Of a stretch of DNA of 64,000 nucleotides, positions 10,117-18,874 are shown one piece after another. This stretch comes from Minisyncoccia bacterium. Lineage in GTDB: Bacteria > Patescibacteriota > Minisyncoccia > Phycocordibacterales > UBA9973. Location: contig JBMOIO010000001.1 of the NCBI GenBank assembly GCA_049317285.1, forward strand, positions 20,388-84,387, read 5' to 3'. The notes under the pieces are model-generated. The model searched no databases. It was not told where the DNA came from and saw only the letters and a list, made by a program, of their open reading frames with translations. The position numbers and the translations under genes are program-made. Each line of letters starts with the position of its first letter. Position 1 is the stretch's first letter.

Positions 10117-10673
10117 CATTTATTCTCGCATTACTGCGGGCATGGACTATATCATCACCCGTTTCCATATTCATGGAAGTGTGGGTGCGAAGCGCTTCCG
10201 CCGACATCTGTCGGAGTACTCCACAAGGGATAGTCTCTGAACCTTCCCTTCAATTTCTTTCAGGGCTTGGCTGCTGATTGCCCTCATGAGTGAGGGGTTC
10301 CAGTCAATTCACTTCGTTATTCGACCCGTCTTTCGATCGGGAAGCTGCGTAATACCGTCGTGGATTTCCATATGACAGTTCGCACACAAGAGAATACATT
10401 TCTCTATTTCCATTTTAATCCTTTCCCAAGAACGGGTAAGTCCTTTGTCAGAGACACCGAAACTTTTCTGTTCTGGGTCAAGATGGTGAAATGAAAGTGC
10501 GCGACCGCATTTGTTATATCCACAAATCTCACATCGTCCGCCCTTATATTCGCGTGCCATAACACGAAGTTTGATTCTTCGTTTCTTTACGGCTTCGCGC
10601 ATATAGGCAGCTCGATCGGCATAGGTACGGGTTTCTGGCATACTCAATATAGTATACCATCGACTACCTTTCC
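10117..10673 (-). mobile_element. group I intron (self-splicing, homing-endonuclease-bearing) inside tRNA-Asn
   Basis: Contains the conserved P7 elements: R-like GGTTCAGAGACTA (compare Tetrahymena GUUCACAGACUA) and S-like GATATAGTCC (compare AAGAUAUAGUC). Terminal G immediately before exon2. Encodes an HNH ORF. Confidence 0.75.
10309..10647 (-). CDS. HNH homing endonuclease (intron-encoded)
   Basis: 112 aa; CEICGYNKCGRALSFHHLDPEQK...CANCHMEIH = HNH motif with flanking Cys pairs; lies wholly inside the tRNA-Asn intron. Confidence 0.8.
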   Translation of the reverse strand: MSMPETRTYADRAAYMREAVKKRRIKLRVMAREYKGGRCEICGYNKCGRALSFHHLDPEQKSFGVSDKGLTRSWERIKMEIEKCILLCANCHMEIHDGITQLPDRKTGRITK

Positions 10674-10845
10674 ACAGGCAACTGCGCTACCGCTGCGCCA
10701 CAGGGGAACACAATATTCTATTATCAAATGACCGGAAAACTATAGCATTTTACTTCCCTTTTTTCAATATTCAGCTATTTCTACCCCACCCCTCTTTTAT
10801 AAAGACCTATCATTTCATCTAGTATCCTTAAAAATAAAAAGTCCT

Positions 10846-11034
10846 CTATGCCGAGGACTTTGTAACAGCTTTGGGTTCGATATTTTCTCTCGAAACTTCT
10901 TTTCCACTGTTTAACGAAACCTTAAGACGAACAGTGTCTTTTTCGAGAAAAATATAGTAGTCGCTACGCTTTCCCTTTGCCTTACGCCACCCTTCAGCTA
11001 AAAGGTTCCTGATAGTTAAATCAAGTTCTGCCAT
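10846..11034 (-). CDS. small hypothetical protein (AT-rich patch)
   Basis: 62-aa ORF; a hairpin overlaps its stop; no family recognised. Confidence 0.25.
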   Translation of the reverse strand: MAELDLTIRNLLAEGWRKAKGKRSDYYIFLEKDTVRLKVSLNSGKEVSRENIEPKAVTKSSA

Positions 11035-11268
11035 TTTTGTAGTTATTAGGTAAATATTCAGAGAATTTAGTGCTACTTTACAGGATTATTTTTTTATGTC
11101 AATACAAAATACGCTACAGAAAACCATAAGGCGGTAATGCTCCCCTCATCAAAAACACCTCTAAAATCTTGGAAAGCTCCACTTCCCTTTTAATACTATT
11201 CCAATCTAGAGCTCTGAGCATCGCCCTCTCCCTCGACAGAAAAGTTCGAACTATGATAGAATTTACTC

Positions 11269-11859
11269 ATGAAAATCATCAATGGGAGAACGACGAAGTA
11301 CGATATACATGACCTATTCCTAAATCGTTATTCTCCACGAGCGATGTCTGGCGAAGTTATCACAAAAGAAGAGCTCATGACTCTATTTGAAGCTGCTAGA
11401 TGGGCACCGTCTTCTCGCAATGAACAACCATGGAGATTTTTATATGCGACGAAAGGAACATCCGACTTCGATCTATTCCTTTCATTCCTCTTAGAGAATA
11501 ATCAAACATGGTGTAAAAACGCTGGAGTTCTTGTCATAGGTCTTTCAAGGAAAACTTTAAGCGATGGTACTGTAAATACTACGCATTCATTAGACACAGG
11601 TTCCGCATGGGAGAACCTGGCCCTGCAAGGTACTGCTATGGGTTTGGTTGTGCATGGTATGGGTGGCTATAGCGATGATCTATTGAGAAAGGAGTTGCAC
11701 ATTCAAGACGACTATATGGTTGAACTCATGGTTGCTATAGGTAAACCAGGAAGGATAGAAGATTTACCAGAGAAACTTCAAGAGCGTGAACAACCGAGTC
11801 AAAGAAAAAATCTAGATGAGATTGTATTTGAAGGAAAAGCAGGGGTAAAGAATCTATAA
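11269..11859 (+). CDS. nitroreductase family protein
   Basis: RYSPRAMSGEVITKEEL...AARWAPSSRNEQPWRFLY; low-GC relative to flanks. Confidence 0.85.
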   Translation: MKIINGRTTKYDIHDLFLNRYSPRAMSGEVITKEELMTLFEAARWAPSSRNEQPWRFLYATKGTSDFDLFLSFLLENNQTWCKNAGVLVIGLSRKTLSDGTVNTTHSLDTGSAWENLALQGTAMGLVVHGMGGYSDDLLRKELHIQDDYMVELMVAIGKPGRIEDLPEKLQEREQPSQRKNLDEIVFEGKAGVKNL

Positions 11860-11935
11860 GTTATTTACTATACCCACCCTCTTTGCGAACCCTGTAGATG
11901 CTTCTCTGTTAGAAACAATACTGGCCCGACATAGT

Positions 11936-12583
11936 TTACTGTACTTCCACCAATACTTCATTGCGTGTCATCCACGGTGGAGTCCATGGCGCATTGTATC
12001 CAGCATAAGCAATGTTTCCTTCCGCCACAACTCCGTCTCGAGCGAGTGCCGAAAGTAGTCTTTCTTGCATACTTTTTACTCGTTTGTCCGAGCGATACCA
12101 TGAGAACTGCATAACTGCATATTTCTTGGCAGGAATCATAACAATTTTTACCCGTGAATCATTTGGTATTGGCAATGTTTCCAGTGTATAGGAACGAGGC
12201 ATTCCAAAAGAGATCGTCTGTGAATTACCATCAGTCGTCGCCACGACAGGTGCGGTCATAGCGATGCTTTCTGAAACTTTTTCCATAGTTTCATTTTGTG
12301 CAACTACAGGTGCAGTCATAGCGATGCTTTCTTTCTTGGTATTTCCACCAAAAATATATCCAGCCACAATTCTAAAACCACTACTCATAGATTCTCTATA
12401 GGAACCTTGTACTGTCGTCTGTGCCACGATATGTGCGGGGTATTCTCGTATCTCGTAGTCGTTCACCTTCTTCATCACTGTATAACCCGTCTGCTCCACT
12501 CGAGAACCAAAAAATCCCCAGGCGGACCAGAGTGCGATTATGGCAATAAGTGCGATGAGTATGGTGATCATATTTTTATGCAT
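11936..12583 (-). CDS. SOUL/HBP heme-binding-family protein with N-terminal TM anchor
   Basis: YEIREYPAHIVAQTTVQGS...FRIVAGYIFGGN...IAMTAPV pattern; contains an internal 19-aa tandem duplication (ESIAMTAPVVA x2). Confidence 0.65.
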   Translation of the reverse strand: MHKNMITILIALIAIIALWSAWGFFGSRVEQTGYTVMKKVNDYEIREYPAHIVAQTTVQGSYRESMSSGFRIVAGYIFGGNTKKESIAMTAPVVAQNETMEKVSESIAMTAPVVATTDGNSQTISFGMPRSYTLETLPIPNDSRVKIVMIPAKKYAVMQFSWYRSDKRVKSMQERLLSALARDGVVAEGNIAYAGYNAPWTPPWMTRNEVLVEVQ

Positions 12584-12595
12584 TGCTACTATTTT

Positions 12596-13456
12596 TTATT
12601 CTACCGGACAAGTGTTTTTGCCGATGGCGGCATAGAAACCACACCAGCTAAATAGTGCTTCGAAAATCGCAAAACCGGAGAAGAATATGAGGAGAGGGCT
12701 CCAGGTGGTGAGCATCGCAAAGAGGAGTAACCCTGCGCCAATAGCAAAGCGGATCAAACGATCACTCCTGCCGATATTTTGGGCAACACCGCGGGGAGAA
12801 CTCTTGGCAACTCTTTTTAAAATCGCACGGTAGATGAGTCCGACAATAAAAGCGAGAATGTACATTATAACTATAAGCCCCCAGCCAAACGGTGACTTGA
12901 TAAAACTTATTGGAGATACTTCAAAAAAATCCTTCTTTAGCTCGGGGATGACAGTGAGCGCATTCAACCCCTCCTTACCATCAAAGGCTTCTCTCTCGCC
13001 AATGGCAAGCGAGTATTTGCTGTCGTTGTGCGTACTTGAGACGCGGATCTCATATGTGCCGGCTTCAGCACGCGCTTTGTACTCCGGTCCCATCCAATAG
13101 GTGTCGGCACCAAAGGGTTCATAAAACTTCTTCCATTGAAAAGGTGTGCCGTCGAGAATAGCTAAGGGTTTCTCGCTATTGTCGTCTTTAATAACTACAG
13201 CAGAGACATCTTTCTTTTGGTCGACACTATCAGGCACCAAGACATTGACGTAGAGATCAAAGGGTTCGCTTGCTCTTATGACATAGACATCTGGCTCGCC
13301 AGTAAGCTTACCGTAATATGCTTTTGAGATTTCAGGACTAGGGACCTGCGTCAGTCGACTCTCGGTAATGCGAGGCTGATGGGCAAAAGCCAAAGAAGGC
13401 AAAAATAAAATTGCAAAAAGGGTGATTAGTAGTATTTTATACAATTTCTTTATCAT
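12596..13456 (-). CDS. secreted/membrane protein with C-terminal DUF2892-like membrane segment
   Basis: Signal peptide MIKKLYKILLITLFAILFLPSLAFA; C-terminal RLIRFAIGAGLLLFAML...CGFYAAIGKNTCP. Confidence 0.55.
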   Translation of the reverse strand: MIKKLYKILLITLFAILFLPSLAFAHQPRITESRLTQVPSPEISKAYYGKLTGEPDVYVIRASEPFDLYVNVLVPDSVDQKKDVSAVVIKDDNSEKPLAILDGTPFQWKKFYEPFGADTYWMGPEYKARAEAGTYEIRVSSTHNDSKYSLAIGEREAFDGKEGLNALTVIPELKKDFFEVSPISFIKSPFGWGLIVIMYILAFIVGLIYRAILKRVAKSSPRGVAQNIGRSDRLIRFAIGAGLLLFAMLTTWSPLLIFFSGFAIFEALFSWCGFYAAIGKNTCPVE

Positions 13457-13554
13457 ACATTCACTTTACCATTTTTGACCACCAAAGACTAAAGAATTCT
13501 GTCTTCCCATTCGCGCACCATTCCCAGAGAAGCCTTCAGTTTTCCTCTATTGGA

Positions 13555-13590
13555 TAAAAAAATCCCCGCTATTCGCGGGGATTTTTTTAT
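13555..13590. terminator. bidirectional rho-independent terminator
   Basis: aaaaaaatccccgc tatt cgcggggattttttt. Confidence 0.75.
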
Positions 13591-13602
13591 AAGAGCGGTG
13601 AA

Positions 13603-13734
13603 TTACGCAGTAACTTCTTCAGAAGGAGTAGTTTCTTCTTCTGTTACTTCTTCTGTACCTTCTTCCATTTCTGGAGTAGTAGCTACAACTTCTTCTTCTG
13701 TAGTCTCAGTTACGATGTTGTTTTCGTCTTGCAT
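13603..13734 (-). CDS. 43-aa highly acidic Glu/Thr-rich peptide (not in ORF track, under 60 aa)
   Basis: MQDENNIVTETTEEEVVATTPEMEEGTEEVTEEETTPSEEVTA; TATAAT immediately upstream of the ATG; terminator directly downstream. Confidence 0.35.
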   Translation of the reverse strand: MQDENNIVTETTEEEVVATTPEMEEGTEEVTEEETTPSEEVTA

Positions 13735-14125
13735 ATGATTATATGGTTGGACTGATAAGCCTAATTCGATAAATTAGAGGCTAATTATACATGCTTTTTT
13801 TAAAAAAGCTAGGGTTCCGAGTTATGACATATTGTTGGGCAATTGATAGTATCTATTCCCCTTTCGGGGTGCTATTGTATCTCTACGGTTATACCTTTTT
13901 GTTACTCGCATCTTTGGAAGCTTCAGGGGTCTGGATTGGAACTGCTTCACGGCAGTACTAGTCCACATACGAATGCTCGCTCACCCGCTATGAAAGTTTT
14001 CTCGGTATTATCTGAACTCGAAGACTCCGCAAGGAGTCTTCTTGCATTCTCTCCCATAAAAACACGCGGCACCACTTCGACGTACTTAAAAACAATTTGG
14101 TATTGGTAGAAAAATTAAAAGATTG

Positions 14126-14770
14126 TTATCCATTTTCCTTTTTTCGTTTTTTCTTTTCCTTGTGGCGATGGGTAACAAACGCGACAATACCGCTGACAAT
14201 TAAAATACCGATAATGGTCGGAATGGCTGCACTTCCTGCAACGCGCGAAAGAAGGTTTCCACCATAAATACCGACAAATGCCCATAATAATGATCCGACA
14301 AAGCTAAGCCCTGTGTAGGTGAGAACTTTCGTATTGCGGGCCCCCGCAAAAAATGAAGGCGTGGAGCGGACAACAGGAATGAGTTTTCCAAAAATAACAA
14401 TGAGCGCCAAATGCCGGTCAAACACATCCCATGATTTCTGATGCTTGCTTTCTACCACAAGTCGCTGCACCCACTTCCAGTGTTTGAATTTCTTGCCGAT
14501 AAAAAACCCGGTCATGTCCCCCAGAAAGCTTCCTATGGTAATAATGCTAATCGCGGTCAACGGCGCAATAAACCCTTCGGCGGAGAGACTTCCGACCAAG
14601 AGCGCAATGGTTCCTCCTGGAAGAATCGCGCCAACCACCGGCAACCCTTCGCCGTAAGCGAAGAGGAAGATAAGGATACTACGCAATACCGGAGTAAGCG
14701 TAAAAAAGAGTTCTGTTATTACATGAGAAAATTGTTCCACGACTCTATAATACCACAGAAATGGCACCAT
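14126..14770 (-). CDS. DedA/SNARE-associated family membrane protein
   Basis: ...IFLFAYGEGLPVVGAILPGGTIALLVG...GKLIPVVRSTPSFFAGA... Confidence 0.8.
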   Translation of the reverse strand: MVPFLWYYRVVEQFSHVITELFFTLTPVLRSILIFLFAYGEGLPVVGAILPGGTIALLVGSLSAEGFIAPLTAISIITIGSFLGDMTGFFIGKKFKHWKWVQRLVVESKHQKSWDVFDRHLALIVIFGKLIPVVRSTPSFFAGARNTKVLTYTGLSFVGSLLWAFVGIYGGNLLSRVAGSAAIPTIIGILIVSGIVAFVTHRHKEKKKRKKENG

Positions 14771-14805
14771 GCCTGCATATTTAAAAATCGCGGTACACTA
14801 TAGCA

Positions 14806-15399
14806 ATGGAAACAGAAGCACTCATTAGCACCCTTGGCACATTCTCCTATATTGGAATATTCGGCATTTCCTTATTGGCGAATATTGTTATCCCCGTCCC
14901 CGAGGAAATCGTCCTTTTGGCGCTTGGCTACCTTGCCGGAAGCGGACACGCCTCAGTCTATATAATCATCCCTATTATCATTTTAGGCCTTCTTGTCAGT
15001 GATCTTGTCATGTATTTCTTGGCTCGCTCCGGAAACAAATGGATACAAGGGTTTTATGATAAATTCTTTGCGCATCGACTCGAAGCAAAACAGGCCTGGA
15101 TAGAAAATAATATGGAAAAGGTAATTTTCTACTCGCGTTTTATGGTACAGCTTCGCTTTATCGGACCGTTTATGGCAGGGCATTTGAAAGTGCCGGTGCG
15201 CACATTCGTCACCTACGAACTCGCAGCCCTTGTCATCTATGTACCGCTCTTTGTATGGATCGGATACTATTTCCAAAGCCGTATTGTCCGGATTATCGAT
15301 ACTGTCGACATTATCCGAAATGCTATCCTTATCGGAGTTGCCATCATCATTGTGATATCATTACTGCGGTATTGGTACCGTCGCTTTATCCTCTCCTAA
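14806..15399 (+). CDS. DedA/SNARE-associated family membrane protein (second paralogue, divergent orientation)
   Basis: GIFGISLLANIVIPVPEEIVLLALGYLAG...FYSRFMVQLRFIGPFMAG. Confidence 0.8.
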   Translation: METEALISTLGTFSYIGIFGISLLANIVIPVPEEIVLLALGYLAGSGHASVYIIIPIIILGLLVSDLVMYFLARSGNKWIQGFYDKFFAHRLEAKQAWIENNMEKVIFYSRFMVQLRFIGPFMAGHLKVPVRTFVTYELAALVIYVPLFVWIGYYFQSRIVRIIDTVDIIRNAILIGVAIIIVISLLRYWYRRFILS

Positions 15400-15884
15400 T
15401 GAATCCTCCCTCAGAAACAGTCGTACAAAAACACCTCCACCGCGCATTTATTGCAACCGTTATCATGAACGGTGTTATTGCAGTCCTCGACATTCTCGCT
15501 GGATTTTTCTTTGCCTTTAAGCCAAGTATTGACGGCTACCTCTTGGGCTTTGTCTCGTATGGAGGAATTGTGGCGTCACTCGCGCAACTTATCATAGATA
15601 TGTCCGGACGAGTACAACTCATTGGTGCCTTTTATTTCTTCAGCCATGGCGCAGTGAAGCTCTTATTGGTCTGGGGACTCTGGAAGACAAAGCTCTGGGC
15701 GTACCCAGTCTCAATCCTATTTCTCACTGGGTTCAGTCTCTACCAGCTCTATGAAATCATCGTGCAATTCTCCCCTATTGTCACTGCATTTCTTTTGTTT
15801 AATACTGTTGTTATCATATTGGTCATACACGAATACCGCCAAGTGGTGGCGATGACCAAGCGCGCGTACAACAAACTGACATGA
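15399..15884 (+). CDS. DUF2127-like integral membrane protein
   Basis: Start at ATG 15399 (MNPPSE), 1-nt overlap with preceding stop; four predicted TM helices; ORF-track N-terminal extension rejected. Confidence 0.55.
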   Translation: MNPPSETVVQKHLHRAFIATVIMNGVIAVLDILAGFFFAFKPSIDGYLLGFVSYGGIVASLAQLIIDMSGRVQLIGAFYFFSHGAVKLLLVWGLWKTKLWAYPVSILFLTGFSLYQLYEIIVQFSPIVTAFLLFNTVVIILVIHEYRQVVAMTKRAYNKLT

Positions 15885-16576
15885 CTCCAAAAAAACTCCA
15901 CCGATTTCTTATAGAAAAAATCCCTTCTGGCGACACAGTCGTGATTTCGGACGAACACATTGTCCACCAGGCGCTCTCGATACTGAAGTTTTCAGTAGGC
16001 GAATCCTTTATTGTTTTTGTTGACGGGGGCCCTGATATCACGGTCGAAATCACCGACCGCGACAAGCGCTCCATGACAGTAAAAAAATTACTGGAAGAAA
16101 ACAGGTCCCCTCTTCCGCGGACAGTCATTGCGGCTGTCAGTATTATAAAAGGTGCGAGCTTTGAACTTGTCGTACAAAAGCTCACTGAGGTGGGCGTGAG
16201 CGCTATTGTCCCATTGCTTTCAGAGCGCACGGTAAAAACAGGGGTCCGTCTTGACCGCCTACAAAAAATCAGCGACGAGGCGCTTGAGCTCTCCGGAGGC
16301 AACATACGGGTGACCCTCCACACGCCGATGACTTTGCAAGAATGCTTCACGGCGTTTCCTCATAGCGCATTTGTCTGCGATGGATATGGCGGTGAATCTG
16401 TCGCCACTATTCCCCAAACAGTTGTTCTCTATGTAGGCCCTGAAGGTGGGTGGAGTGCCTCTGATGAGGCAGTGTTTGAACAACACAGTATTACTCGGCT
16501 TGCACTTGGAGAAACAGTGCTCCGTACTGAAACCGCAGCAATTATCGGTGCACACACTCTTCTATGGCACTCCTAA
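15881..16576 (+). CDS. rsmE: 16S rRNA (uracil1498-N3)-methyltransferase RsmE family
   Basis: HRFLIEKIPSGDTVVISDEH...GPEGGWSASDEAVFEQHSITRLALGETVLRTETAAI. Confidence 0.8.
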   Translation: MTPKKLHRFLIEKIPSGDTVVISDEHIVHQALSILKFSVGESFIVFVDGGPDITVEITDRDKRSMTVKKLLEENRSPLPRTVIAAVSIIKGASFELVVQKLTEVGVSAIVPLLSERTVKTGVRLDRLQKISDEALELSGGNIRVTLHTPMTLQECFTAFPHSAFVCDGYGGESVATIPQTVVLYVGPEGGWSASDEAVFEQHSITRLALGETVLRTETAAIIGAHTLLWHS

Positions 16577-17313
16577 CGCTTCATACGATCATTCTTGGCA
16601 TTATCGAAGGGTTGACGGAGTTTATCCCTGTTTCTTCAACGGCACACCTGCTCTTAGTCGGGCGTGTGATTACTGTTCCACAAGCATTTCTTGAAGTGCT
16701 CTCGATCAGCATTCAAAGCGGAGCAATCCTCGCCGCAGTGTGGTATTTCTGGGAGACCGTCTGGAGCAATCGATCGTTGATTCCAAAAGTACTCGTCGGA
16801 TTCATCCCCACTGCCGTTGCTGGCGTTCTCCTCTACCCCTTTATCAAACCACTTCTCTCAAGCACTACAGTGATCGCCTCTGCTCTGATTATTGGAGGAG
16901 TCCTCCTGATTCTTATTCGCCCCCGCGATACTGAAGAGCAGATTGAATCCATTTCGTACAAACAAGCGTTCCTTGTGGGACTCATGCAACTGTTTGCCTT
17001 TATTCCCGGTATGTCGCGAGCCGGGTCAACGCTTATCGGTGGCACACTTCTACGCATCCCGCGCCAAATCATTGTCGCTTTTTCATTCCTCATTGCGATT
17101 CCTACCATTCTCGGCGCAAGCGCGGTAGAAATCCGAAATACTCCGACTCTTACAGCAAGCGAGTGGCAACTCATCGCTTTGGGAAGTATTGTTGCATTTG
17201 TTGTCGCCCTTTTTTCTATCCGCTTTTTCATCACCCTCTTAACAAAAAAACCACTGTCGTGGTTTGGGTGGTACCGTATCCTACTCGGTATACTAGTATT
17301 ACTCTTTGTATAA
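16564..17313 (+). CDS. uppP: undecaprenyl-diphosphatase
   Basis: EGLTEFIPVSSTAHL, PGMSRAGSTLIGG signatures; 8 TM helices. Confidence 0.85.
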   Translation: MALLTLHTIILGIIEGLTEFIPVSSTAHLLLVGRVITVPQAFLEVLSISIQSGAILAAVWYFWETVWSNRSLIPKVLVGFIPTAVAGVLLYPFIKPLLSSTTVIASALIIGGVLLILIRPRDTEEQIESISYKQAFLVGLMQLFAFIPGMSRAGSTLIGGTLLRIPRQIIVAFSFLIAIPTILGASAVEIRNTPTLTASEWQLIALGSIVAFVVALFSIRFFITLLTKKPLSWFGWYRILLGILVLLFV

Positions 17314-17353
17314 ATAAAAAAGAACCTGAATACTCTATTCAGGTTCTCATGAT

Positions 17354-18019
17354 TTAATTTCTCGGGCGAGCTTTTTGCATAAGCTCTTCCCAGGCATCTT
17401 TTTTTGCCCCCTGCCCCTGAGGAATGACCCCTTGCTCCTTTTGATTTGAACGATTCTCTTCCATCGATTGGTTTCTAGAAAAAGTAAAATTAAAATCGGG
17501 AATAATATCCCCCTGTCCATCACGTATCCCAAGGACAGGTATCGGCAATTGACCATTGAGTGTGTACTTTGTATACCCATTCAGTGCCATTGCAGCAACT
17601 TTTTGTTGATCCGTCGGCAGTGTTTTAATCTGCTCCGAGGTTAACAAAGAGAGCTGTCCAATCGAGATAACACTGAGCGCAAAGCCCAAGTACGTATTGG
17701 GAGGCAACTGTGCCTCCTTGTAATAGTCTCGAGAACTCTCCATGTTCTCCTTGAGTTCTGAAAAGCCAGCGGGAGACATCATGACGAGCTTTGCTTTGCC
17801 CTTGGTTTTGCCGTCATCAGCTCCGAGGATAACAATTGTTTCCGGCAATACATTTTTATATTGCAGACTATCCGTCTGCGGAATATAAAACATATACACT
17901 TCGATCTTGTCCGGATCAACTTGCTCTCCTTGATTTTTTTTCTTTTTCAAGGATTGCGCCGTAGCACTTTGCATAACAACTATTGCCAGCAGTGCACACA
18001 CTATCAGTTTTATTTTCAT
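17354..18019 (-). CDS. secreted hypothetical protein
   Basis: Signal peptide MKIKLIVCALLAIVVMQSATAQS; no family recognised. Confidence 0.5.
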   Translation of the reverse strand: MKIKLIVCALLAIVVMQSATAQSLKKKKNQGEQVDPDKIEVYMFYIPQTDSLQYKNVLPETIVILGADDGKTKGKAKLVMMSPAGFSELKENMESSRDYYKEAQLPPNTYLGFALSVISIGQLSLLTSEQIKTLPTDQQKVAAMALNGYTKYTLNGQLPIPVLGIRDGQGDIIPDFNFTFSRNQSMEENRSNQKEQGVIPQGQGAKKDAWEELMQKARPRN

Positions 18020-18063
18020 TTCTTATAGATTTGTGAATTTCTTACAGTATATATGTTTATTGA

Positions 18064-18666
18064 CTATTTGTCAAGTATACGGTGAAGAAAGCTCTTGCGA
18101 TGAAGCGCTGTAGTGCCTTGTGTTATAAGGGTATTTCGGTGTTCAGTGGTGCCATAGCCCTTATTTTTATCCCAGTCGTATTCTGGGTTTTTGCGGTGCG
18201 CCTTAGTCATATACTTATCGCGATGAACTTTTGCAATGACAGAAGCATAGGAGATAGCGGGTTCTTTACTGTCGCCACGGATAATCGTTTGTTGGTGGAC
18301 ATATTGTGCGGGAGCTTTCAATCCCCCGTCCAACAGCACAACACACTGCTCGGGCGGTAGTGCGAGCTTTTTTAAACTACTCACAATGCACTCGCGAATA
18401 CACCGAGCAATCCCCCTTGTGTCGATTGTCTGAGCACTCCGACTGGAGAGCGCGTAGCGGATCATCCCCTTGCGCTCGAGTATAGACGCCTCGCGATACC
18501 ATTTTGTCCGAGCAGTAGCGGTCATTTTTTTGGAGTCCGTCAGGCCCGGCCACATCCCTCTTGTATAGCTCATATACGGCACCGCAACCGCGCACACAGT
18601 GACGGGCCCTGCAAGTGGTCCGCGCCCCACTTCGTCTATTCCAATTACCCATAGGGGCTTTTTCAT
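18064..18666 (-). CDS. rnhB: ribonuclease HII
   Basis: IGIDEVGRGPLAGPV...DSKKM...YASVIAKVHRD...GYGT. Confidence 0.85.
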   Translation of the reverse strand: MKKPLWVIGIDEVGRGPLAGPVTVCAVAVPYMSYTRGMWPGLTDSKKMTATARTKWYREASILERKGMIRYALSSRSAQTIDTRGIARCIRECIVSSLKKLALPPEQCVVLLDGGLKAPAQYVHQQTIIRGDSKEPAISYASVIAKVHRDKYMTKAHRKNPEYDWDKNKGYGTTEHRNTLITQGTTALHRKSFLHRILDK

Positions 18667-18874
18667 ATCACTACTATAGCAAAAAACCGCAAATCAACTC
18701 TGTGATTCGCGGTAAGGAATTCAGTGCACCCCATTTCCATCCCAGTGCGTAAATAAAGACCGCGGGATATAGTGTTCCAGTGCTCGTCATGCTATTTCTA
18801 GCATACACACTACTCTTTATACCGGTACTGTCAATATATTTCCAAGGGTGGCTGTGCGGTATACTAGCGATAGT

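Larger units (their letters stand above)
10079..10707 (-). tRNA. tRNA-Asn(GUU) interrupted in the anticodon loop by a 557-nt group I intron (exon1 10674-10707, exon2 10079-10116)
   Basis: Exon1 (minus strand) TCCCCTG TG GCGC AGCGGTA GCGC A GTTGC CTGT; exon2 TAA GCAAT TGGTC GTAGG TTCGAAT CCTAC CGGGGGA G. Joined they give a 7-bp acceptor stem, D arm, 5-bp anticodon stem (GTTGC/GCAAT), 7-nt loop CUGUUAA, canonical T arm, discriminator G. The intron follows a U and ends with G. Confidence 0.75.

Noticed and set aside
10080-10310. Possible tmRNA (ssrA) because of a tRNA-like T-arm/acceptor at 10079-10105 with about 230 nt of upstream non-coding sequence
   Set aside because: The acceptor strand is G-rich (CGGGGGA), the opposite of the tmRNA 5'-GGGG/3'-CCCC arrangement. 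No ANDENYALAA-like tag reading frame ends before the T-arm. The complementary 5' tRNA half was found at 10674-10707, making a split tRNA with an intron the coherent explanation.
13843-14109. 88-aa ORF in the 13740-14125 intergenic region
   Set aside because: Atypical composition (multiple Cys/Trp, no start context) and no conservation cues; the region is treated as a candidate non-coding RNA instead. SRP and 6S RNA assignments were considered but could not be supported from the sequence alone.
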